A stretch of DNA of 45,404 nt, the filler included, from Craspedostauros australis (lineage: Eukaryota), in the NCBI GenBank assembly GCA_030167865.1. It is 6 parts of 6 records of this genome, joined end to end, with 100 filler letters (N's around TTAATTAATTAA, not from the genome) between each part and the next. Parts side by side here need not be neighbours in the genome. Positions count along the whole stretch, not along the records: positions 24,103 to 42,621 come from JALAGF010006732.1; 5 more parts are not named here. The stretch is one strand, 5' to 3'. The notes below the pieces were generated by a model. It did no database searches. It saw nothing but the letters and a program-made list of their open reading frames with translations, and had not been told where the DNA came from. A program made the translations under genes and the position numbers. How positions within the stretch are numbered: position 1 is the first letter of the stretch; every line of letters begins with the position of its first letter. Below, piece by piece: positions 24,103 through 34,504 of the stretch.

Positions 24103-27100
24103 ACGCGGAGAACGGTATGTCAACATGGGCCTCTCCACCCGCCACGCATCAACAGTCCCCCTGGTGTTGTCACCACGGACAGGATCCATCACTCCGCAAT
24201 TTCACGTCGTTTTTGACGATTGGTTCGCAACCATCGCAACCAACCCAAGCGACCTTCCCGACTACAACACTAGTGAGTGGACCCACATGTTCGGCGATAC
24301 AACCTACCAGATTCCTTTCGACGACGAAGACATCATCGCCATGGAAGAAAGAGACATCGAACGTGAAGACGCAAACGATCATCGACGGTTTCACTCAATC
24401 AACGATGTGCCGATGCCACCGCCGTCATCAGGCGCGCAACAAGCACCCACGCGAACTCCGATCGACACGGATCCACCAGCTCACATTTTGAGGCAGCCAT
24501 CGGAACCGGAAGTGAACAACGACGCAACACCGATCGATCAAGTGCAACCACCTCAACCAACCTCTCAACCATTGGACACTGTTCACAACGACACACTCAC
24601 GTCACCAGTGCCACAAACAGAGGGAGCTGAGGAGCTACCGGAACGCATCACCACGACCTCGCCGAGCCTGTTGTCACCAACAGAGGGAGCGACAAACGAC
24701 GACGAAAGTGGTGTCATGCCGATCTCAAGTGATTCTCCTCCAGCTTCGCCACCTCGTGAACCCATCCACGCGCCAACGAAAAGAGACAAGGCCAAACCAA
24801 CCAGGCCGCCTCCACTTCGCCGCTCGGAGCGTATCAACAAGCGAGAGCCAAGAGAACGCAAAACCGTCGAGCGGCTCACCTACGACAAGCTAGGGGGCAA
24901 AGTCGTGTGGGCAGATGAAGACACGCTACCCATCGAAGCTAGCGCGAACGTGACAACTCAACACACAGGCAACCCCAGCAAGACCCAAGCGGTGCAGGCC
25001 ATGAAGAAGGTCCTACTGGAGTGCCGTCAGTCGCTCATGGAGTTCACAGAGCACCCTGACGACCAGGTAACACAAAAAGCCAAGGTCCTGGTCCGTGACG
25101 CGGAATCCATGCTCCGAAATTTGAANACCATCGATACCNAAGAGCTACAAAAGGACGAACGGCGTTGGGCGCAGGGCGACCTCGAGATGGAACGGATGCT
25201 ACGTGCAAGACAGCTCGAGATCCGGGCCGAGATGCGTAGGGAACAAGAGGAGGCAGCGGCCGATGAAGCAACATCGCCGCATGAACACCACATCCTCATG
25301 ATGAGCAACCAATCCGGCTCGTCCTCAGAGGACGACGACTCATTCCCCGGTCACCCCATGGACCCCATCGACATCGGTCACCTGTGGCCACACCACGTCA
25401 ACATCACTCGGCACATCCGCCACTACTTTGACCATGTGGTGCAGTTCCGATTCCCGACGGAGGCCGCAAGGAGCCAGTGCATCTACTACGCCATCCGTAG
25501 GTTCGTTGACGCCGTCGACGAAATGCTCGAAACAGGTGAGTATCACCTCCCCGTCTCGTACTTCGGATTCATACCAAGAACACAAGGCCAGCGGTATACT
25601 CTGGAGCGAGCCATTGCGGCCATGGAGAACGGTCTACGGCCACCGGACGAAGATGAACGGGTACAAGACTTCATGCGACGAGCAGGCTTCGCGTGGCATC
25701 TCATCACGCATGACGAGCGATTTGAGATCGGAATACTTCACCTGCACATCCAACTCGGAGTCGCACCCGAGGTACCACCAACGATCATGGCCCCACCGAG
25801 CGAATTCGAACCGGCCGAACAGCACGCTTCGGCATCAACTCACTACGCCCACCGACCACCGCAGCATGACGATGAAACCGACGAACACTACGCGATGGCA
25901 GCAGCGGTCGAACACGACGACAACGACGACCACAGTGCCCTCATCGCATACGACTTGCTCAGCTTCTTCACCAGCGGCGGTGACCTCGATATCGCAGATC
26001 GTCACTACAGCTACAAGGCATCAAAAGCTGACCCTGACACCCTTTCCTTCAACGAGGCAATGAATGACGACAACAAAAGCGAATGGATGGCCGCCGCGCA
26101 CAAGGAAATTCACGACCTCACCAACAAAGGAACGTGGATTGAGGTGCCAAAATCCTCCACCACCGATCGCATCTTCCCGGGGACATGGGTATTCCGACGC
26201 AAGCGAATGCCCGACGGCACGGTCAAGAAATACAAAGGCCGATGGTGCTGCAGAGGCGATATGATGACCGAAACGGAAGCGACCTACGCTCCGGTCGTCG
26301 CATGGTCGTCCGTTCGCGTCTTTCTCATCCTTTCCATTTTGCTCCGCTGGGTTACGACATCGATCGATTTTTCGAACGCGTTCGTCCAAGCCGACATCCA
26401 CCGACCTGTCTACTTACACCTCCCTCGCGGTTTCCGATCAACAAATGGACCTGACACATGCCTCAAGCTGATTAAAAGCCTTTATGGTCTCACCATAGCT
26501 CCCAAGCTATGGTATCAGCATCTCGTGCGCGCACTCCTTGCGGAAGGGTTTCACGCGTGTGATCAAGAGAAGTGCCTGTTCATGCGCGACGGCATGATGA
26601 TCGTTCTCTACGTGGACGACGCTGGCATCGCTTCGCGTACGGAAGAANNNNNNNNNNNNNNNNNNNNNNNNNNNNNNNNNNNNNNNNNNNNNNNNNNNNN
26701 NNNNNNNNNNNNNNNNNNNNNNNNNNNNNNNNNNNNNNNNNNNCGCAAACGCGGATTTGATCTCACACGCGAAGGCACGTTCACGGAATTTCTGGGAATA
26801 TCACTGCACCGAGACCCCAAAAACAACACCATCCACCTCAAGCAAACCGGGCAAATCAACAAGATCATCGAGGCCACCGGCATGCAACACTGCAAACCAA
26901 ACGTGACACCAACAACACAACTCGCCCTTGGCGCCTCAACCGACCAACCGCCAATGAAGGAAGCATGGAACTACCGCTCCATCGTCGGCATGCTGCTCTA
27001 CCTAACTACGAACACACGCCCCGACTTGGCCTTCGCCGTCTCTCAAGTGGCCCGATTCAGCAACGATCCTCGCCAACCGCACGCAAAGGCTATCAAGATG

Positions 27101-28323
27101 ATCGTGCGATACCTCCGCCACACCAACACCATGGGCACCATCGTACGACCAACGGGCCAACTCAACCTGGAATGCTACGTCGATGCCGATTTTGCTGGTC
27201 TATACAAGCGCGAGTCCGACGATTCCCCCAACGCAGTACGCTCACGTACCGGCTATGTCATCATCCTCGGTGGCTGCCCGCTCGTGTGGAAATCGAAGCT
27301 GCAGACGGAGATCGCCTTATCGACAATGGAGTCGGAATACGCCGCGTTGTCTCTTGCCATGCGCGCCCTCATCCCCATGCAACAACTCATCAACGAAGTG
27401 AATGCATCAACACACCTCAACCAACCGCTGCAAACCAACATTCAATGCACCGTTTTTGAAGACAACGAGGCGTGCATCTCACTGGCAACAAACCACAAGG
27501 TCACGGCGCGAACCAAACACTTTCTCNNNNNNNNNNNNNNNNNNNNNNNNNNNNNNNNNNNNNNNNNNNNNNNNNNGGCGCCTCAACCGACCAACCGCCA
27601 ATGAAGGAAGCATGGAACTACCGCTCCATCGTCGGCATGCTGCTCTACCTAACTACGAACACACGCCCCGACTTGGCCTTCGCCGTCTCTCAAGTGGCCC
27701 GATTCAGCAACGATCCTCGCCAACCGCACGCAAAGGCTATCAAGATGATCGTGCGATACCTCCGCCACACCAACACCATGGGCACCATCGTACGACCAAC
27801 GGGCCAACTCAACCTGGAATGCTACGTCGATGCCGATTTTGCTGGTCTGTACAAGCGCGAGTCCGACGATTCCCCCAACGCAGTACGCTCACGTACCGGC
27901 TACGTCATCATCCTCGGTGGCTGCCCGCTCGTGTGGAAATCGAAGCTGCAGATGGAGATCGCCTTATCGACGATGGAGTCGGAATACGCCGCGCTGTCTC
28001 TTGCCATGCGCGCCCTCATCCCCATGCAACAACTCATCAACGAAGTGAATGCATCAATACACCTCAACCAACCACTGCAAACCAACATCCAATGCACCGT
28101 TTTTGAAGACAACGAGGCGTGCATCTCACTGGCAACAAACCACAAGGTCACGGCGCGAACCAAACACTTTCTCACCAAATGGCACTTCTTCTGGCACTGG
28201 GTCAAGGAAGGCTTCATCCGAATCCTACACGTACCGCCACCACATCAGGTCGCTGACATCTTCACCAAGGGCCTTGCGCGGGATGCATTCGAGCACCTGC
28301 GACGAATGCTCATGGGATGGTGA
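24103..28323 (+). CDS. pol: Copia pol C-half: integrase C-terminus, long insert, RT, RNase H (a second Copia lineage)
   Basis: HASTVPLVL...ITPQFHVVFDDWF; ADPDTLSFNEAM; GTWVFRRKR; IDFSNAFVQA; LYVDD; YVDADFAG; FEDNEAC; ADIFTK...LMGW stop at 28321-28323. 26930-27526 is repeated at 27577-28173 across a 50-N gap. Confidence 0.95.
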
Positions 28324-28438
28324 TGGCACCACAAATTGTGAACTGTTGATCGAACGATGGAGGTTTTTACACCGGGGACATGCTTCGCNNNNNNNNNNNN
28401 NNNNNNNNNNNNNNNNNNNNNNNNNNNNNNNNNNNNNN

Positions 28439-29020
28439 CTTGTACATGTCGAATAGCGCCTTGATGCTTTTGCCTCCACGATCAAAGACCGGAACTTTCT
28501 CGAATACGACTCCTTCCCACTCAACTGCGTGGCACAAGCCAGCCTTGTACGTGGTCGTAGTGCAGAGAAACGACACCATACCAGACAAAGCACATGCAGT
28601 CACACGGTATTGGAGAATTTTGGGCGGAATGGTTTCCCCATCACTCAACATGTCGTAGTAGCGCTGCAATGTCTTCTGTTGGCTTTTAGTGATGGTTTGT
28701 CGATTGCTATGTACATGCANGCGTTCTTCCTCCGGCAATCCATNGGCGTATCCAGTGAGAATATCTGTGCATGCTTTTGGAGATGCAGACTCTGCGAGAA
28801 CGGCTCTCGCACAGAGGTGCATCAGTTTGCTCCCTCCAACACATATGCGGAGTTGGGACAGACTAGCTCCGGGACTGACTCGGGACTTGACTGTCCATTC
28901 CGCGTACACGGTATTCGGTACCCAAGACCGATACTGTGATGAAAGGCTACCACACACACGATGTGTAGTTGAACTGCAATCCATGCGTTGCTCACCCTCC
29001 AGCTCATGCACCCCTGCCAC
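28439..29020 (-). CDS. Hypothetical protein fragment, possibly degenerate
   Basis: 217-aa ORF with globular composition. No recognised motif. Confidence 0.25.
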
Positions 29021-29256
29021 CTGTCCAGCTCGTCACTCTGCCGAACATGCACCCATCTTGAAGCATATCCATGTGAATGGATCAGCTGCTGCTCTATGGG
29101 TGATGATACTGGAAGACTGTATGTGTGCAGGATCACCACGGCATGCTGCTGCGCAACAAAGAACGGCTGAAGTACGACAGCACAAACCCCACCTTTTTAC
29201 TCGATCGTCCTATCAATAGTTAGCTTAACACATAAAACAAGCAATCAGAAACAATC

Positions 29257-30573
29257 CTACCAGCTTACTTCCAAGTCTACTACAGTTACATCATCGTCTG
29301 ATACAGCTTTGTTCTCAACATCAAACGGCGTCAAAACCGGTTGAAGGACAAACCATCCTCTTGACAACGTGCAAAAGACACGGAATACTAACTTGCGGTA
29401 CAAATTTGGTGCAAGTGTCAGTGGTGGCAGTGCTTGCCCTGCCTGGACAAATTGCACCACCTCATGCATCTGGCCAGTTGGTGTCGCTTCTTTTGGGAGC
29501 AACACATCCCAGAGCGCAGAAGCAATTGGCGCCCACANCCGTTTGATGTTGCACCAGACTTGCTTGTTGTGGGATCCACCAAGTGTGAATCCCGTCTTCG
29601 GCATGGAGTTGAACACTTTTGGAGGTAGCCCAGACTTAACCAACCCTGCAACGCGGACCAACGCATCGCGACGCCATCCTCTCACCGTTTTCTGGATGAG
29701 TCTGTTACGGCCTGTTCGCTTCTTCCTGCGATCACGGCCATCCACGTAGTCGTCGTCGCTGTCAACATCAACTTGCTTGGAAGCGCCTCCAGCGACAGCG
29801 TTTGCGTGTCGTGCAGTGCTTGCGCGGGTAGTTGGTTTGGCAGGAGACTCAACAGGAGGTGGCACGTTCACACNNNNNNNNNNNNNNNNNNNNNNNNNNN
29901 NNNNNNNNNNNNNNGTACGCAGTGTGACCGTTGGTGTATCAAAGATGACACCAGCCGCACTGGACAGGCGCACGTCAACGCGCAAGTTAGCGGCATCGAC
30001 ATGCGCCAAAGTTGGAACAAGGTTGCTGTCCACTGGAAGCATCGGCTTCACCTCGATCGCGTGAATGATGTCGGTGGGCTTCCGCAATCCAGTAGACAGC
30101 TTGTCAGGCAACAGCTGCTCACGAGTAGGTGCCAAGTTGCCATCCGAATNNNNNNNNNNNNNNNNNNNNNNNNNNNNNNNNNNNNNNNNNNNNNNNNNNC
30201 TGATGTCTACCACTGTGATAGCACCGACACCTTGTCCAACTGTACGCAGTGTGACCGTTGGTGTATCAAAGATGACACCAGCCGCACTGGACAGGCGCAC
30301 GTCAACGCGCAAGTTAGCGGCATCGACATGNNNNNNNNNNNNNNNNNNNNNNNNNNNNNNNNNNNNNNNNNNNNNNNNNNNNNNNNNNNNNNNNNNNNNN
30401 NNNNNNNNNNNNNNNNNNNNNNNNNNNNNNNNAGGCAACAGCTGCTCACGAGTAGGTGCCAAGTTGCCATCCGAATCAAAAGGAGAATCGAGAGGGGCAG
30501 CACAGGAACGAGGCTTCTTACAAGGAGATGGGTTTTCGCCCTTGATTGTTGCTATGGCGGGGATGGAGGACAT
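29257..30573 (-). CDS. Hypothetical protein (MSSIPAIATIK...), gapped with an internal gap-flanking duplication
   Basis: Long open frame with a plausible ATG just after a (TCAA)n tract and a basic NLS-like RDRRKKR. No family recognised. Confidence 0.45.
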   Translation of the reverse strand: MSSIPAIATIKGENPSPCKKPRSCAAPLDSPFDSDGNLAPTREQLLPXXXXXXXXXXXXXXXXXXXXXXXXXXXXXXXXXXHVDAANLRVDVRLSSAAGVIFDTPTVTLRTVGQGVGAITVVDIXXXXXXXXXXXXXXXXXXSDGNLAPTREQLLPDKLSTGLRKPTDIIHAIEVKPMLPVDSNLVPTLAHVDAANLRVDVRLSSAAGVIFDTPTVTLRXXXXXXXXXXXXXXXVNVPPPVESPAKPTTRASTARHANAVAGGASKQVDVDSDDDYVDGRDRRKKRTGRNRLIQKTVRGWRRDALVRVAGLVKSGLPPKVFNSMPKTGFTLGGSHNKQVWCNIKRXWAPIASALWDVLLPKEATPTGQMHEVVQFVQAGQALPPLTLAPNLYRKLVFRVFCTLSRGWFVLQPVLTPFDVENKAVSDDDVTVVDLEVSW

Positions 30574-30596
30574 GGTGTTGATGGTAGCAAAGGAGG

Positions 30597-30637
30597 TTGA
30601 TTGATTGATTGATTGATTGATCGATTGATTGATTGAT
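30597..30637. repeat. (TTGA)n microsatellite
   Basis: ttgattgattga...tcga...ttga directly upstream of the 30573 ATG. Confidence 0.95.
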
Positions 30638-31215
30638 CGATGAACGGCACTGTAGAACGCGGAACCAAAGCGAGTGGAGGAGGTGATGCCGATAGAGGTG
30701 TTGGAGGCAGCAGCGAGAACAACAACCGCCAATGTCACTAGTGCTCTCACTGCTCATACTACAACCGCAGCACAACAGATACAACGAGCATCGCATCGGC
30801 GGAGGCACCTTTGGAATGAAGCCAAAAATGTGACGGTTTTTGTGTCGGCGTGGCGACGATGTGTCCGTGCGCATGTGATGATGTGTGTGATGTCACAAGT
30901 GGAAAATGTCAATCGATTCCGGAGCAGCTAACGGTGTGTAACGTGTTCCAAACGAACGAGAACGAAGGAAAAAGCTGGAGACACAAACGTGAATGGACAT
31001 CAATCGTTATTAACTCGGAATAGCAAAGAACCTTCGAAAAAACTACATCGTGGAATGCTACGTTTGACCCCTACGACTCCAAATATTTGATGGTCCGTAA
31101 AACTTAAACTATGAACTTTAAATTTCTGGGTAATTTTCCTGTTGCTATGGAGACTATAATAAGTTGGTTTATATGCTTGGTTGGGTTGAAATCGAAGAAA
31201 AATTGCCACTCTACT

Positions 31216-33873
31216 TTACCAAAGGTTGGTCGACTCACTCACCTGGGTCATATGAAGTCGACTTATGTCTTCTGTTGTTTCTGTTGTTGCTGTTTCTGTT
31301 GTTGCTGTTTCTGTTGTTGCTGTTTCTGTTGTTTCTGTTGTTTCTGTTGTTTCTGTTGTTTCTGTTGTTTCTGTTGTTGCTGTTGTTGCTGTTGTTGCTG
31401 TTGTTGCTGTTGTTGCTGTTCTTGCTGTTCTTGCTGTTCTTGCTGTTCTTGCTGTTCTTGCTGCTCTTGCTGTTCTTGCTGTTCTTGCTGCTGTTGCTGT
31501 TGCTGTTGCTGTCAGCACACAACCGGTTGTTTTGTTGCTTGGTTCCTTGTTGAGCCTATCTTTTCGTTTGACTCGTTTGACTCGTTTGACTCTAATGCTG
31601 TTGCCATCCCGTCGTGACGTCACACCTTCGTCTGGTTTCGCTCCAATACGCCCCTTCATGACGGGATGTGGATCATCGGATATGTCCTGGTGGTGTATGG
31701 CGACATAAGCACTTCGTCGCATCTTGTTCTCTGCAGGGATGGATGTCTGAGTCTTGGTGGTTTCTGCTTGCGTTGGTGCTTCTGGCTGGTTGTCTGCGGG
31801 TTGCTGTTTGCCGGACTTGGCAGCATTCAGGTGAGGAGGGTCACGGAACAGTGAGAGCTTGGTCAGCTGGTAGAAGGTCGCTTTCGATACTGACTTGGTG
31901 AGGATATCTGCTTCATTATCATGGGATGAGATGTGAACGAATCGAAGGATTTTGGCTGCAATGGCTTCTCTGATGCGATGATAGGCGATGCCGCAGTGCT
32001 TCTTCTTGAGTACACTCGACGGGATATAGGTGTTTAGCACGACCGACTTGTTGTCGCCCAGGAGCACAGCTGGACCGTCCAAAGGAACACCCATTGATCG
32101 TAGCGCATTCCATAGCTCGATGATCATGTCGACGGCGATGCGGGCAGCGACGAGCTCAGATCCATATGTGGAGGATTCCACGGTTCGTTGCCGCTTGGAG
32201 TATGTGCGAACAACCATGCCGTTGACTTTTGCGATGATCCCGGTGACGGATCGGTGGGTGACGATGTCATGGGCATGATCTGCATCAACGTATACCATGA
32301 GTGTTGCCTTGGCTCCCTTGGGTGTGATAGTCTTGTATGGAAGCGTCTCTTGTGCGTCAGGATAATACTCGTTCCATTGACTGGCATAGCCACAGGGAAG
32401 GTGGTGATGAGATGGTGTGTGTGGATCGCACAACAAGCGCCCCTGTTTGCGGTGTTTCAGGTAGCCGAAAACTCGTTTCATCGCTCGTAGATGCACTTCG
32501 TGAGGTGCCATGCTGAACCTGGAGAGTGCCATGACCGCGAACTGTACATCGTACCGCCCAAGAGTGATGATCCAGTTGGCGCTGCCGATGAGAGAGCGAT
32601 ATTTGCTCGCGTTCGAAGGACTGGGCAAGGGAGATTCATCCGTTTCGGCATGATACGACTCGGCCATGGGGACTTGTGTGTTGGGAAATGTGCAGTCCAG
32701 CATCTTCTCGAGCTTGGCGGTTGCGTTGTTGATGTAGGCGTTGGCAGAGAGGGCGGTGAAGATGTCATGTTGTTGCCGTTCTGCATCGAGGGATTCCACA
32801 TTTCCACCCAGGTAATACTCAGGTGCTCCAATGCCTTTGAGGTTGTAGTGTTGCTTGAGCTTGTTGATGATGATCATGGGCTTCCGGCTGAAGACGAGTA
32901 CGTCGTCGACATACGTCGCAACGAGTTCGTAGTGATCATTGCGCTCCTTGATCCATAGGTCAGAATCATACAGTGATGGCATGAATCCCATCTTGCGGAA
33001 TCGATGTGCAAGGTGCTCATGGAAGCAAGCGCTGGACGTGCGAAGTCCATACAGTCCCTTGTGGATGATCAACTTTTGTCCTTCCAGTTCCTTGAACTCG
33101 GGTCCTGCAACGATGTATCGCTTCTCTTTGGTCTTTGCATACAGAAAGGCGTTCCCCACATCAGCTGCACACACCTGGAGCTTGTTCATGGCTGCAATCG
33201 CAAAAGCGATGCGGATGGTTTCAATGGCCACCACGCCAGAGTAGACATCCTCTCCGGAAGGCTCACATATGTTGCCATTGGCAACGAGACGTGCTTTGCG
33301 TCGCAAGTCGAACTTCACATCGAAGATGATGTGGTATGGGATTCGTTGATACTCATCCATGTTGTCCTCAGCGGTGGGAAGTCGAAATGTGTTGTGGTCG
33401 TTGATCTGTTTCAGTTCCATCTGAATCGCATCAGCCAATGTGGTGTCACCACTGATTCGGTCGATGAATAGGGCATGCTTCACGGATTGGGGTACAAGCA
33501 CTCCGAACTTGTAGCGATGTTTGAATCGGTCTGCCTTCTTTGCAGCATTCACCATCATGGTATGCATGTTGTGGAGCATTGGATGGACCCATTGGAATTG
33601 CGGCTGTTGTAGGAGGTTGGATGTACGTGCATATTTGTCAGGAATCGGGTGTCCTGAAACACCGAATTGCCGCACCTCCCAAGAGCCAGGAGTTGAATGT
33701 CATGATATGCTACATTACCGCAACTCCCACCTTTGGATCTTTGTGACAGAAAAATGTGAGCTGCACGTAACTCGCGGTGGAGAACGCCACGTGCCGAATG
33801 CGAACCGTACTTTGGCGTTCATGACTCCAGTGCAGGAATGCCAATCACACGTGGATGTCGCAGGGGGCAGGGA
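31216..33873 (-). pseudogene. Copia (CoDi-like) RT-RNase H, degenerate at the 5' end and interrupted by a younger Copia at 33874
   Basis: YKFGVLVP, IFDVKFDLRRKARLVA, ADVGNAFL, TYVDD, YVDADHAHD, ESSTYGSE, LGDNKSV, ADILTK. The ORF continues into a low-complexity tract. Confidence 0.92.
31271..31511. repeat. Compound 9/15-bp microsatellite (TGTTTCTGT, TGTTGCTGT, TGTTCTTGC)
   Basis: Successive blocks of related 9-mers, open in several frames. Confidence 0.95.
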
Positions 33874-34429
33874 TGTTGGAATCGTGACCAACATCACGAT
33901 ACACGCAACTATGGCCCTCATGTCGCATCCAATGAGAAAAGAGTAATGGAGGAAGGTCGATGTCACGAAGTGTGAGATGGCCTGTGAACGAACCTGAGAT
34001 GAGGAACATCCAGGAAGCCGGTGAAGTGATCGGAGAAGTAAGCAGAGATGATCGGAGATGTGTAATGATGAGGAGCTGAGAAAGCCCTCATGCAAGGTAT
34101 CCCTGAAACGAATGGGAGACCGTGATCCGATCGAATGGACCGAGCTGTATGATGCCTACGACTCGGCGATGTCTAAGGCATCGAAACTATCAGCAGAGGA
34201 CAACGTGCTGTAGTGCACGGACATGGGGCACTAGGTGGTGCATGCATGTCCATTATGAATTTGCAATGAATGCAAGATGGATGCCTGCTAGACCAACAGA
34301 GGGACCCATGGTGATCCCAGGAGGAGATCGAACTTTGCAATTGAGAGCAATGAAGAGCTCACAGTTCAGAGAAGCAGATTCTAACAAACGATTAGCTTTC
34401 TACTATCACACCACCCCGGATTTCCAACA
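33874..34429 (+). mobile_element. 5' LTR (556 bp) of the plus-strand Copia
   Basis: Ends TGTTGGAA...TTCCAACA form a perfect 8-bp inverted repeat. The LTR ends 75 bp before the gag ATG at 34505. Confidence 0.75.
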
Positions 34430-34504
34430 CGTTTCGAAACGTTACAATTGAAATCCTACGTTTCACCCCGCACCAACAAGCCATCATCCACCTTCATCAT
34501 CATC

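Noticed and set aside
31111..31617. Poly-Cys, poly-Leu and Asn-rich ORFs as metallothionein or membrane proteins
   Set aside because: They are alternative-frame translations of a microsatellite.
33874..34429. LTR length equals the 556-bp tandem unit at 6405-6960
   Set aside because: No sequence similarity is visible, so the match is coincidental.
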